Shown here piece by piece: positions 37,139-46,698 of a stretch of 64,000 nucleotides of DNA. Within the stretch, counting starts at the first letter, position 1; each line of letters starts with the position of its first letter. A model generated the notes under the pieces. It was not told the DNA's origin. It was given only the letters and a program-made list of their open reading frames with translations, and did not search any database. Position numbers and translations under genes: made by a program. Location of the stretch: assembly GCA_038046385.1 (NCBI GenBank), contig JBBSWH010000006.1, forward strand, positions 32,001-96,000, read 5' to 3'. The stretch is from Nanobdellota archaeon. GTDB taxonomy: Archaea > Nanobdellota > Nanobdellia > Woesearchaeales > GW2011-AR4.

Positions 37139-38497
37139 ATGGTTCCGCTCAGTGTTTCGCTTACTCATTATAAAAGAAAGGATATACAGGAAGAGATTGT
37201 GTATAATTCCATTGATAGGGAAATCGCTGCCAAGTTTGGGGAAAGCTTCGGGAAAAGGCCGGACATTCTGAGGAATCCAAGCGACATAATGGAGCTTGCA
37301 AAACAAGGCGTTACTTCTTTTCACGCTTCAGAAGAGCTTTGGAAAAATCCGCTGCAGATTGACACGTCAATGAAGAGGCACGAGCTTGATGCACTTCGTT
37401 CAGGCTGGGATTTGATAATAGACATTGACTGCACTGTTTTTGATTACTCAAAAATTGCAGCTGACCTTGTGATAAAAGCATTGAAATTCCATAAAGTAAA
37501 ATCCATATCGTGCAAGTTTTCAGGCAACAAGGGATTTCATATCGGAGTTCCTTTTGAGGTTTTTCCTGAAAAAGTGAAGAATGAAGACACAAAAAATATG
37601 TTTCCAGAAGCTCCAAAGAAGATTGCGCTGTACATAAAAAGCATGATAATGCCGGAATTCGGGATAAAAATTCTTGCGTTTGAGAAAAATGACATTGGAA
37701 AAGTTCTGGAGAAAACCGGCAAGGCTTCAAGCGAAGTTATTTACATCGAGAACGGGCAGAAAAAATTCAATCCGGAATCTATTTTGCAGATGGATACTTT
37801 GCTTATCTCGTCAAGACACCTTTACAGGATGCCTTATTCTCTGCACGAGAAATCCGGATTGGTGTCAATTCCTTTCAATCCTGAGAAAGTAATGCTGTTC
37901 CAGAAAGAGCTTGCACTTCCGAAGAATGTTAAAATCAGCTCCCACAGGTTTCTTGACAGAAAAAATGTTGAAAAGGATGAGGCAAAAAGGCTGTTTGTAG
38001 AGGCATTTGACTTTCATGTCAAGGAAGAATCGAATGTTGAAACGACAAAGAGAAAAGATTTTGAGGCGCCGGAGAACGCGCTGCCTGAAGAATTGTTTCC
38101 GCCCTGTGTTAAGCTCATACTGAACGGATTAGAAGACGGAAGAAAAAGAGCATTGCTTGTTTTAATCAATTATTTCACTTCAATCGGCTGGGATTATGAC
38201 GCGATTGAGAAAAAGCTTGTGGAATGGAACAAGAAAAACAAAGAGCCTATAAGGGATGTGTATCTGCTTGGGCAGTTAAGGTATCATAAGCAGATGCGAA
38301 AGAAAGTTCTTCCTCCAAACTGCAGCAACGAGATGTACATGCTGAATATGGGAGTTTGCAAGCCTGACAATTTCTGCCCAAAAATAAAGAATCCTGCGCA
38401 GTACAGCACAAGAAAGGCGTGGGGCATCAACCAAAGCGTGAAAAAGCCAAGGGCAAAGATGGTTGCAAAGAAAGACGACAATGCGAAAACTATATAA
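37139..38497 (+). CDS. Fused archaeal DNA primase (PriS catalytic plus PriL Fe-S domain)
   Basis: WDLIIDID, FSGNKGFH, RMPYSLH, then FPPC...GRK...PPNC...C....C; start probably ATG 37139. Confidence 0.9.
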   Translation: MVPLSVSLTHYKRKDIQEEIVYNSIDREIAAKFGESFGKRPDILRNPSDIMELAKQGVTSFHASEELWKNPLQIDTSMKRHELDALRSGWDLIIDIDCTVFDYSKIAADLVIKALKFHKVKSISCKFSGNKGFHIGVPFEVFPEKVKNEDTKNMFPEAPKKIALYIKSMIMPEFGIKILAFEKNDIGKVLEKTGKASSEVIYIENGQKKFNPESILQMDTLLISSRHLYRMPYSLHEKSGLVSIPFNPEKVMLFQKELALPKNVKISSHRFLDRKNVEKDEAKRLFVEAFDFHVKEESNVETTKRKDFEAPENALPEELFPPCVKLILNGLEDGRKRALLVLINYFTSIGWDYDAIEKKLVEWNKKNKEPIRDVYLLGQLRYHKQMRKKVLPPNCSNEMYMLNMGVCKPDNFCPKIKNPAQYSTRKAWGINQSVKKPRAKMVAKKDDNAKTI

Positions 38498-38541
38498 ACC
38501 AGCAAATTTAGGCTATTCAATATAAAAATTGAGGTGATTAG

Positions 38542-38730
38542 ATGGTTTTCGGTGTTCAGGAAGTTACGCTTGCTATTATCATAGGCACGCTTGCAGCAAT
38601 TGTTTATTCTTTGAGAGTCCTTGTCCTTATGGAAAGAAGGATTGCAAGGATAGAGATGCATGTTGAAAGGGCTGTAGAAAAGGTTATGAAAGAAGAAATG
38701 AAAATCGAGAAAAGACTCGGTAAAAAGTAA
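38542..38730 (+). CDS. Small membrane protein
   Basis: GAGGTGAT SD; TM followed by LMERRIAR coiled coil. Confidence 0.8.
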   Translation: MVFGVQEVTLAIIIGTLAAIVYSLRVLVLMERRIARIEMHVERAVEKVMKEEMKIEKRLGKK

Positions 38731-38738
38731 TTCTTTTT

Positions 38739-39146
38739 TTATATTTTTATTTTGTAACTGATTAATTCGTTAAAAGATATTCCCCTAAGCTCTGCTGTTT
38801 TTAATGCAATAACATATCCAGTTTTTGTCTTTTCTATGTCTTCTATTGCTATGAACAGCCATTCTTTTCTATAGAAACGGACTGCAAACCAAGGGCGCGC
38901 ATCAAATATTTCAGAAAATTCTGTCAGTTGGTTTAAATCGTACTGTGATAAATAAATTTTATCAGACTTGCTGGTTTTGCATTCAACTGCAACTCTTCTG
39001 TTGCTTTCTCTGCTGCCTGCCAATAAATCCGGCCCTGGATGATTCATTGAGCCGGAGCCGGCTGATCTTAAGCATGCCCAGCCTGCGTCCCAGAACATGT
39101 GCAATAACTGCCTTTCAGCATTAGAGCCTTTGCTTTTTAATGACAT
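38739..39146 (-). CDS. hjc: Holliday junction resolvase
   Basis: KG...ER.L, RSAGSG, PDLLAG, VECK. Confidence 0.93.
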   Translation of the reverse strand: MSLKSKGSNAERQLLHMFWDAGWACLRSAGSGSMNHPGPDLLAGSRESNRRVAVECKTSKSDKIYLSQYDLNQLTEFSEIFDARPWFAVRFYRKEWLFIAIEDIEKTKTGYVIALKTAELRGISFNELISYKIKI

Positions 39147-40036
39147 TATAAATCCAATTTCATCAAGTCATATGCGCATTTTGTATTGTCGAAAACATTT
39201 CGTGCGTCTTCTTCCAGTTCCTGTGTATCTTTGTAGCGTGCGCTGAAATGTGTCAGGATAAGTTTTTTTGTATTGGATTGTGAAGCTAACTGGCCTGCCT
39301 GTTTTGCAGTCATGTGAGAATACTCTTCGCTTTTTTCTGCAAGCTTTGAAGAGTAAGTGGCTTCGCATATCAGAATATCTGCATCTTTTGCTGTCTTGTA
39401 GCAGCCTTCGCACAATAAAGTGTCTGTAACGTAAGCAACAACCTTTCCTTTTTCTGTGTATGAAACATCATCCGGCATGATCTTTTTGCCGTTATGCTCA
39501 ATTGAATGCCCGCTTTGAAGTTTTCCTATTGAAGGACCTTCTTCTAATCCAAGCTTCTTTGCTTTTTTCATGTCAACTTTTCTTTTGTCTTTTTCTACGA
39601 ATTTGAATCCTAAAATTTCTATTCCGTGCTCTAACTGATATGCTTCCAAAACAAAATCTTCGTTTTCGAAGAATTTTCCTTCCCTTACTTCATGCACTTC
39701 AAAATCCAGCTTCTTGTCAAAAATGAATGCTTCGAACATGCTTTCTATTCTTTTCTTTGTGTCCTTTGGACCATAAATGTTTAGCTTTTGATTGTATTCC
39801 AATGAGCTTAAAGTCTGCATTAAACCAGGAAGCCCAAGCACGTGGTCGCCGTGCCAATGCGTTAACAAGATTTTTGTTGTCTTTGTCAAGCTGATTCCTG
39901 CTATTTTGAATTGTCTTTGCGTTCCTTCGCCGCAATCAAACAAAATCCCTTCAGTGCCGTAGCTAAGAAAGACTGCGCTATGATTTCTATCCTTTGTCGG
40001 CACCATGGAAGATGTGCCCAAAAATGTTATTTGCAT
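39146..40036 (-). CDS. rnz: Ribonuclease Z
   Basis: MQITFLGT...PT..RN, DCGEGTQ, THWHGDH, TDT, EAT, HFSARY; start 40036. Confidence 0.95.
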   Translation of the reverse strand: MQITFLGTSSMVPTKDRNHSAVFLSYGTEGILFDCGEGTQRQFKIAGISLTKTTKILLTHWHGDHVLGLPGLMQTLSSLEYNQKLNIYGPKDTKKRIESMFEAFIFDKKLDFEVHEVREGKFFENEDFVLEAYQLEHGIEILGFKFVEKDKRKVDMKKAKKLGLEEGPSIGKLQSGHSIEHNGKKIMPDDVSYTEKGKVVAYVTDTLLCEGCYKTAKDADILICEATYSSKLAEKSEEYSHMTAKQAGQLASQSNTKKLILTHFSARYKDTQELEEDARNVFDNTKCAYDLMKLDL

Positions 40037-40115
40037 AATACGAAGTACGGGAATATGATTTATAAGGGTTTTGGGTTTGACAACCTTTTTAAACAGCCAT
40101 TCATAACTAAAGGCT

Positions 40116-40718
40116 ATGGCAAAAAAGAAGGAAGTGTCAAAAGCAGAGGAGATTCTTCCTAAAAAGGACAAGGTCGAACAGACGCCAATCAAGGAGCCTG
40201 TCAAGGCATTCTTCTCAAACGAGAGAGTACTTACAGAGAACTCTGATAACGCCAAAGAGCTCTATAACCAAAGCAGATACGGAAATCTTCTGGAAGACGG
40301 GCGCGTTCAACTTGCGCTGATTGAATCACTATACCTTGTTGAGAAAAAAAGGCTTTTTGTTTATGACGGCAAAAACAAAGAGATAGGATTTGACGCTCTT
40401 TTGAAGAAATCACAGAAAGTAGAACCAAATTTCTGGGTAAGATATTGCGTTTACAAGGACATAAGAAACAGGGGATACATAATCAAAACTGCTTTGAAGT
40501 TTGGCGCTGATTTCAGGATTTATGACAGAGGAGTTAAACCAGGGGAAGACCATGCAAGGTGGGTTGTTTTTCCGGTGCATGAAGGGTCTACTTTAACATG
40601 GTATGAGTTTGCTGCAAAAAACAGGGTTGCGCATTCAACAAAGAAAAGGCTGCTTTTAGGAATAGTCGATTCTGAGATGGATGTTACGTATTATGAGTGC
40701 AGATGGCTGAGACCTTGA
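40116..40718 (+). CDS. endA: tRNA-intron (splicing) endonuclease
   Basis: VYKDIR.RGY..K..LKFG.DF..Y, H, R.AHSTKK. Confidence 0.93.
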   Translation: MAKKKEVSKAEEILPKKDKVEQTPIKEPVKAFFSNERVLTENSDNAKELYNQSRYGNLLEDGRVQLALIESLYLVEKKRLFVYDGKNKEIGFDALLKKSQKVEPNFWVRYCVYKDIRNRGYIIKTALKFGADFRIYDRGVKPGEDHARWVVFPVHEGSTLTWYEFAAKNRVAHSTKKRLLLGIVDSEMDVTYYECRWLRP

Positions 40719-40772
40719 TACCAATTTTATAATTATAATATCTTCATATGCGTATATCAAATTAATTCGCTT

Positions 40773-42476
40773 CTAAAAAATGGATTTTAGCCACGCAATA
40801 ATTCTACCCAATAAAGACTGCTTGGTTTTTTGTACTTCAACACATAGATTGTTTACTAGATGTTTTTTTGCAGAACATGATAGGCAGTTAGGGGAATCAA
40901 TTGCCCCATTTTGGCATGAATCTTGTTTAGTTTTCCCTATAACTTCTTTTTTTATGCATGTATTTGCAACCAATTCATAACCTTCAGAGCAGGACTTACA
41001 ATCTGGAGGGTCAATCGCCCCATTCTGGCAAGTTGTCTTTGAATCTTTATTTCTTTTAGTGTTTTCATCTTTAATAAATCCCAGCATATATGCTTCCAAA
41101 CTGCATAAATGCGGTTTTTTGAAAAATTCTTCCCATTGGGCGGTGTATAAGATGCAGTTTCTCCATTGATAGTATCCTCCAGGCTCTCCAGCATAAGGGT
41201 ATATGTCAAATAATCCAAATGAATGGAGAGTTTCGTGTATCAAAACAGGAGAAAATGCTGTGGGGTCTATTTTATCTGAATACCCCCCCATAAGCACGTA
41301 TTCTCCAAAGTTTATGCCTGCTGAAACTGGAAGCTGGGGAAATTTTTTTGAAAGCGCAAATACAGCTTCCTGATCATTTTGGTCCTTAATAAAATAGTAA
41401 ATAATAGGATATCCCTGCAAACCGCAAGTTGTGGCAATTTTTTTAAATATCTGCTCTACTTCTTCTTTTTCCTTGATATCTTGAAGGTACTCGCTTCTTG
41501 TGTAGCCAGGACATTCTACTACATTCCAATTTAAAGAAAATTTACTTTTGCTTGCCCAAGCGTCTTTTTCATCTTTAAGCCATTGGTTTGCTCTTTCGGC
41601 TTCGGTCTTTAGCTGGTCAATAATTATTTTTCTTTGATTATCATCTATTTGATCTGTTACAAAAAGAGGGACTATAAGAGCATTGTAGGTATCGGATGAT
41701 AATACTTGATTGTCGGGTTTTAGGCATCTATTTTGAAAACATGACCCTTGTTGACAGTCTGAATCCGAAAAACATGATTGATATCCTGTATGAACGCCAA
41801 ATGGATAAAGAATACCATCAATACACTGAAAATTTTTTAAATTGTAAGTTCTTTCTCCGCAGATTGCAGTTGGCCGGGTAGGGTCATAGACTATAATGTT
41901 AAGGGATTTAGCTCCAAACCCCGCTGTTCTGACAAATATCCTGCCAAAATCTGTTTGATAATAATCTGATTTGAATTTAACTGTTGTTTTGACTTCTTCA
42001 TTAGGGTTAAGGTGGATGACTTTGTTTATCTGAACTATTTGTTGGTAGTCATTTGAAAACCCTGTAGGATTATAATCAAATGCTGCATCCATCAGGTTTA
42101 TGTCTACTACATTCTCTGCTTCAGATGTAAAAGAAAGCTCTACTTCGAAATCCGAACTGATTGGAACAGATTTTGGATAATCTGCTTTAATTTTTACAGT
42201 TGGGGTGAAAGAATATACACACTCATGTATGGGGGAGCAGTGAAGTCCGTTCTCGCAATCAGCTTCTGATTTACAGATTTTTGTAAATGACTCAAAAAAT
42301 TCCCCGTCAATGCATGCATGATCCAATGCAGATGTCCGGCAAAATCCGTCACAAACTACACCTTCTCCATTAAAACAAGTCTGCTGGGCAGAGACGCTGA
42401 TGGCGTAACCTAAAAAAAAGACTCCTAATGCCAAAATTAGAATTTTGTTTTTGAATCTTAATTCCAATTTGACCAT
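40773..42476 (-). CDS. Secreted Cys-rich zinc metalloprotease-like protein
   Basis: Signal peptide, HETLHSFGLFD, duplicated CQNGAID.P.C.SC. Confidence 0.75.
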   Translation of the reverse strand: MVKLELRFKNKILILALGVFFLGYAISVSAQQTCFNGEGVVCDGFCRTSALDHACIDGEFFESFTKICKSEADCENGLHCSPIHECVYSFTPTVKIKADYPKSVPISSDFEVELSFTSEAENVVDINLMDAAFDYNPTGFSNDYQQIVQINKVIHLNPNEEVKTTVKFKSDYYQTDFGRIFVRTAGFGAKSLNIIVYDPTRPTAICGERTYNLKNFQCIDGILYPFGVHTGYQSCFSDSDCQQGSCFQNRCLKPDNQVLSSDTYNALIVPLFVTDQIDDNQRKIIIDQLKTEAERANQWLKDEKDAWASKSKFSLNWNVVECPGYTRSEYLQDIKEKEEVEQIFKKIATTCGLQGYPIIYYFIKDQNDQEAVFALSKKFPQLPVSAGINFGEYVLMGGYSDKIDPTAFSPVLIHETLHSFGLFDIYPYAGEPGGYYQWRNCILYTAQWEEFFKKPHLCSLEAYMLGFIKDENTKRNKDSKTTCQNGAIDPPDCKSCSEGYELVANTCIKKEVIGKTKQDSCQNGAIDSPNCLSCSAKKHLVNNLCVEVQKTKQSLLGRIIAWLKSIF

Positions 42477-42564
42477 AGCGATAAAAATGAAATTGACCTT
42501 ATTTAAACATTACGATTGAATTTGGATAACAAAATATTTAAAACATCCTTCTTTAGTTTGATAT

Positions 42565-43464
42565 ATGGACAACAGGGACAAGATACTTGCTTTTATAGCG
42601 CAGAAGGGGCCTGTTCTGCCTGTGCAGATTGGAAAGGAAATAAGCATGAATATTCTCATGTCTTCTGCCCATTTGGCAGAGCTTACTGACAGCAAAAAGC
42701 TTAAGATTTCTACTTTAAAAATCGGTGGGTCTCCCATGTATTACCTTCCAGGGCAGGAAGCAATGCTTGAAAAGTTTGCAGTCAACCTGAATGAAAAAGA
42801 GAAAAGAGCTTTTGATCTTCTAAGCGAGCAGAAAATACTGAAAGACACTGAACAGACGCCTTTAATGAGAGTTACATTAAGGGAAATCAAGGATTTTGCA
42901 GTTCCAATTTATGTTACATATAATGACAGCAAGGAAATGTTCTGGAAATGGCACACTGCATCAGATGCAGATGTTGAAAAACTGATAAAAACAAAATTAG
43001 ATATTAAGGAAGAGCCAAAAGTAGAGCCAGAAATCCAAAAAGCAGAGGAAAAAAAGACCGTTAAAGAGCCTGATGAAAAAAAGCCAGTAAAGGAAGCTGC
43101 TGAAAAGCAGAAAACATTAAAGCCCCAGAAAGAAAAGAAGCCAAAAAAAGAAAAAAGCAATTTCATGTCAGATGTTTTAAAGTTCTTTGAAAAAAACAGC
43201 ATTGGAGTTTTAAGCACTGATATAATAAAGAAAAATTCCGAGATAGATTTCATGATTGAAATACCAAGCATAATGGGAAATTTGCAGTATTACTGCAAGG
43301 CAAAGGACAAGAAAACAATAACAGAAAACGACTTATCAAACACTTATGTAAAAGCGCAGTTCAAAAAAATGCCAGTCATATTGATTTCTGCAGGCGAGTT
43401 AACTCAAAAAGCGCAGGAAATGCTGAAGAATGAATTAAAAGGATTATCTTTCAAGAAAATCTAG
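42565..43464 (+). CDS. Conserved hypothetical protein (wHTH-like N-terminus, degenerate nuclease-like C-terminus)
   Basis: GPVLP..I...SAHL.EL, GGSP.Y; directly upstream of fen. Confidence 0.7.
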   Translation: MDNRDKILAFIAQKGPVLPVQIGKEISMNILMSSAHLAELTDSKKLKISTLKIGGSPMYYLPGQEAMLEKFAVNLNEKEKRAFDLLSEQKILKDTEQTPLMRVTLREIKDFAVPIYVTYNDSKEMFWKWHTASDADVEKLIKTKLDIKEEPKVEPEIQKAEEKKTVKEPDEKKPVKEAAEKQKTLKPQKEKKPKKEKSNFMSDVLKFFEKNSIGVLSTDIIKKNSEIDFMIEIPSIMGNLQYYCKAKDKKTITENDLSNTYVKAQFKKMPVILISAGELTQKAQEMLKNELKGLSFKKI

Positions 43465-43468
43465 GAAA

Positions 43469-44503
43469 ATGGGAGTTGCAATAACAGAATTACTGGTTAT
43501 GAAAGATATTGACATTGCTAGCTTGCGCGGCAAGACTCTTGTTGTTGATGCTCCTATGTGGCTTTATCAGTTTTTAAGTTCGATAAGGCAGCGTGACGGC
43601 TCTTTATTGACAGATTCAAAAGGGCAGGTTACGTCTCATTTAATGGGGATGTTCTCAAGAATTTCCAATCTTATGCAGCAGGACATAAAGATGGCTTTTG
43701 TATTTGACGGAACGCCTCCGATGCTGAAAAGATTAACGCTTGAGAAGAGAAAAGAAATAAAATTAGAGGCGCAGAAGAAATTTGACAGCGCAAAAGAAAG
43801 GGCAGATGAGGAAATGATGAAGAAGTATGCTGCCAGAACATCAAGATTAACCAAGGAAATGATAGAAGAGGCAAAAAAGCTTGTTGACGCTTTTGGGCTT
43901 CCGGTTATTGAAGCTCCGACAGAGGCAGAAGCACAGGCTTCTTTGATAACGCGAAACAATGATGCGTTTGCATTGGCAACAAGCGATGCTGATGCTTTGC
44001 TTTTTGGCTCGCCAAGGATTATAAGGAACCTGAACATGGCCGGCAAGAGGAAAAAAACAAATTCATTGTCGTTTGAAACAATAAGCCCTGACATTATTTC
44101 TCTGCAGGAAAATCTTGAGCATCTTCAGATTAATCAAAATCAATTAATTGCGCTTGCTATGCTGATTGGAACAGATTATAACATTGGTGGGATAAAAGGA
44201 ATTGGGCCAAGGAATGCCATCAAGCTTGTAAAAAAGCACGGAAATGATTTTGAAACATTATTCAATGAGACAAAATGGAATGATTTTTTTGATTTTGAAT
44301 GGAAGGAAGTTTTTGATTTGATAGGAAATATGCCTGTAAACAGAGATTATAAGCTTGAATGGGGCAAAATTGACGAGGACAAAATAAAGAAAGTGCTCAT
44401 GGAGCATGATTTCTCAGAAGAAAGAATCAATATACATCTTGGCGAGCTGATAAAAAGCACAAAAAGCAAGGCGCAGAAAGGGCTTGGAGAGTTTTTTGGA
44501 TGA
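43469..44503 (+). CDS. fen: Flap endonuclease 1
   Basis: LYQFL..IRQ.DG, VFDG, EAEAQ, D.DALLFG, GTDYN, PIP-box QKGLGEFF. Confidence 0.97.
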   Translation: MGVAITELLVMKDIDIASLRGKTLVVDAPMWLYQFLSSIRQRDGSLLTDSKGQVTSHLMGMFSRISNLMQQDIKMAFVFDGTPPMLKRLTLEKRKEIKLEAQKKFDSAKERADEEMMKKYAARTSRLTKEMIEEAKKLVDAFGLPVIEAPTEAEAQASLITRNNDAFALATSDADALLFGSPRIIRNLNMAGKRKKTNSLSFETISPDIISLQENLEHLQINQNQLIALAMLIGTDYNIGGIKGIGPRNAIKLVKKHGNDFETLFNETKWNDFFDFEWKEVFDLIGNMPVNRDYKLEWGKIDEDKIKKVLMEHDFSEERINIHLGELIKSTKSKAQKGLGEFFG

Positions 44504-45333
44504 AAAAAAACCTAAAGTACTATCTTAAAGATAAATTAAGCAAAAAGGAGCTTGCTCTAATGCCGACTTCGTTTGATGTTGTCGGAGATATCATGATTTT
44601 TGCGGAGTTTCCTAAAGAATTGGTGAAAAAGGAGAAAGTTATTGGGCAGGCTATTCTTGAAAACTACCATCAGATAAAAACAATCCTAAAGAAAACTAAA
44701 AAGTATTCTGGAAAGTACAGGACACCAACACTAAAAGTGATAGCGGGAGAAAAAAGGAAAGAAACAATATGCAAAGAGAACAATGTTCTTATAAAGCTTG
44801 ATGTCGAGAAAATATACTTCTCTCCAAGAATGTCAAACGAAAGGACAAGGATTGCAAAGCTTGTCAAGCCAAATGAATCGGTATTGGTGATGTTCTCGGG
44901 CTCTGGCGTGTATCCACTAGTTATTGCAAAAAATTCAAAGTGCAAAGAAGCTTATGGTGTTGAGGTCAATCCGACAGGGCATAAATATGCATTAGAGAAT
45001 GCAAAAAAGAACAAGCTCGAAAGTAAAGTGATGCTTTTCAAAGGCGATGTAATGAAAATAGTGCCAAAACTGAAGAAAAAATTTGACAGAATACTGATGC
45101 CATTGCCGAAGGGAGCTGAAAAATATCTTGAAATTGCGCTGAAGCACGCAAAAAAGAATGCTACAATACACTTCTATGATTTTTTAAATGAAAATGAAGC
45201 ATTTAAAGCAGAAGAGAAGATAAAGAACGCATGCAATAAAGCAAGGAGAAAATGCAGAATTCTTAATGTTGTGAAATGCGGCCAGTATTCCCCTGGGTTT
45301 TATCGATTTTGCATCGATTTTTTTGTTATCTGA
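44500..45333 (+). CDS. Trm5/Taw2-family SAM-dependent tRNA-modifying enzyme
   Basis: SFDVVGDI, YFSPR...ER, MFSG.G, E.NP, DRILMPLP. Confidence 0.85.
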   Translation: MKKNLKYYLKDKLSKKELALMPTSFDVVGDIMIFAEFPKELVKKEKVIGQAILENYHQIKTILKKTKKYSGKYRTPTLKVIAGEKRKETICKENNVLIKLDVEKIYFSPRMSNERTRIAKLVKPNESVLVMFSGSGVYPLVIAKNSKCKEAYGVEVNPTGHKYALENAKKNKLESKVMLFKGDVMKIVPKLKKKFDRILMPLPKGAEKYLEIALKHAKKNATIHFYDFLNENEAFKAEEKIKNACNKARRKCRILNVVKCGQYSPGFYRFCIDFFVI

Positions 45334-45664
45334 TTTTTTGGAAGTTTTGTTCCTGCGCTTCTTTTAAGCACTTTTTATTTTTATCAGATTTTTTCCCAGG
45401 GACACTGGTCTTAATTGTCTATTTTATCTATTGACTTTATTTTTTTATATATTTTATATAATCTGTAGGTATTTATCTATTTTTGTTGCCTGGTTTTGTT
45501 TTTACTTGTCTTTAAAGTCCTCCATCGGCCCGATTTCAATTACCGATATTGTTATTTCTTTTTTATTTATCATAGCACTTATAATGATATAAGGATTATA
45601 TAAACTAGTGTGGTGATTGAATAACACCACAAAATTTATAAGCTTGCAAATAAATGATTATTTC

Positions 45665-46399
45665 GTGATAACGAGACTGTTTAATTCCGTCGGCATGACT
45701 CAGAACGAGTCAAAAGTCTACATGACACTTTTGGATCTCGGGTCTGCACAGGCAGGGCAAATAACGGAAAAATCGGGCATTCATAGAAGAAATGTGTACG
45801 ATGCAATATCAAGGCTGATGGAGAAGGGGCTTGCAAGCTTCGTGACTGTGAATAATAACAAAACCTTCAGCCCAGTGCATCCCAAGAGGTTTTTCGAGTT
45901 AATTGAAGAAAAGAAGCTTGATTTAGAAATTCTAAGAAATGATTTTAGCAAGGTAATGCCAGAGCTTGAATTAAAGGAAAAGCTGCAGCATAGGCATGAT
46001 GTCAGGTTTTTCAAAGGGATAGAGGGATTAAAAAGCGTTTATGAGAATATAATTAATACAAGCAAGAGCTATGTAGGGATAGGGCTAGGGCAGCATCTTG
46101 AAAAAATTATGAGCCACTATTTCACGCATTTTGTTGAAAGAAGGCAGAAAATGGGAATCAAAATCAAAATAATTTATTCTGAAGACTCCAGAGGAAAGAT
46201 AAAAAAGACGCCATTGAGCGAGCTTCGATACATGCCGCAGGAATACAGCTCAAGAACAGCATTGAGGATTTATGGAGATAAGGTTGCAACACTTCTTCTT
46301 GAAAAGGGAGAGCCGCAGGCGATTGTAATAAAAAATAACCACATAGCGAACGGCTACAGGAAATACTTTGAGTTTATGTGGAAAGCGGCTTCAAAATAA
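45665..46399 (+). CDS. TrmB family transcriptional regulator
   Basis: G.T.NE.KVY..LL..G......I...SGIHR.NVYD.I.RL.EKG; GTG start 30 nt after TATA. Confidence 0.88.
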   Translation: MITRLFNSVGMTQNESKVYMTLLDLGSAQAGQITEKSGIHRRNVYDAISRLMEKGLASFVTVNNNKTFSPVHPKRFFELIEEKKLDLEILRNDFSKVMPELELKEKLQHRHDVRFFKGIEGLKSVYENIINTSKSYVGIGLGQHLEKIMSHYFTHFVERRQKMGIKIKIIYSEDSRGKIKKTPLSELRYMPQEYSSRTALRIYGDKVATLLLEKGEPQAIVIKNNHIANGYRKYFEFMWKAASK

Positions 46400-46535
46400 C
46401 TCAATTCTGCAATAAGAAAGGTGTACGCTCAGCAGTTACTTCCGCATATCATTGCTTGCGCTCAAAGGGTGTTCACTCAGTCATCGCGTACACAACAGCA
46501 ATAAAGAAGTTTAGCTTTTAAATCTGTCTATGACA

Positions 46536-46694
46536 TTTTGCCATCGTTCGCATTGAATGTATTAGATAATTACAAAAATTCCCATTGCATAGAGAAAATC
46601 CATAGGATTTTCTAAATTCAAGAATGTCCCATTCTTGAATATTTCCTTTTTGTTAGCTGTCGTATTAGAAAATGCTCACAATTTGATGGCAAAA
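46536..46694. repeat. Dispersed fold-back element, copy C, with double-hairpin insertion in the apical loop
   Basis: TTTTGCCATC/GATGGCAAAA IR; insert AGAAAATCC-ATA-GGATTTTCT and ATTCAAGAATG-TCC-CATTCTTGAAT. Confidence 0.88.
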
Positions 46695-46698
46695 CTGG

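Noticed and set aside
40037-40255. N-terminal extensions of rnz, hef (32842), tfs (161), M24 and M16 in the ORF track
   Set aside because: They overlap promoters or opposite-strand genes; family motifs begin at later ATGs about 30 nt after TATA boxes
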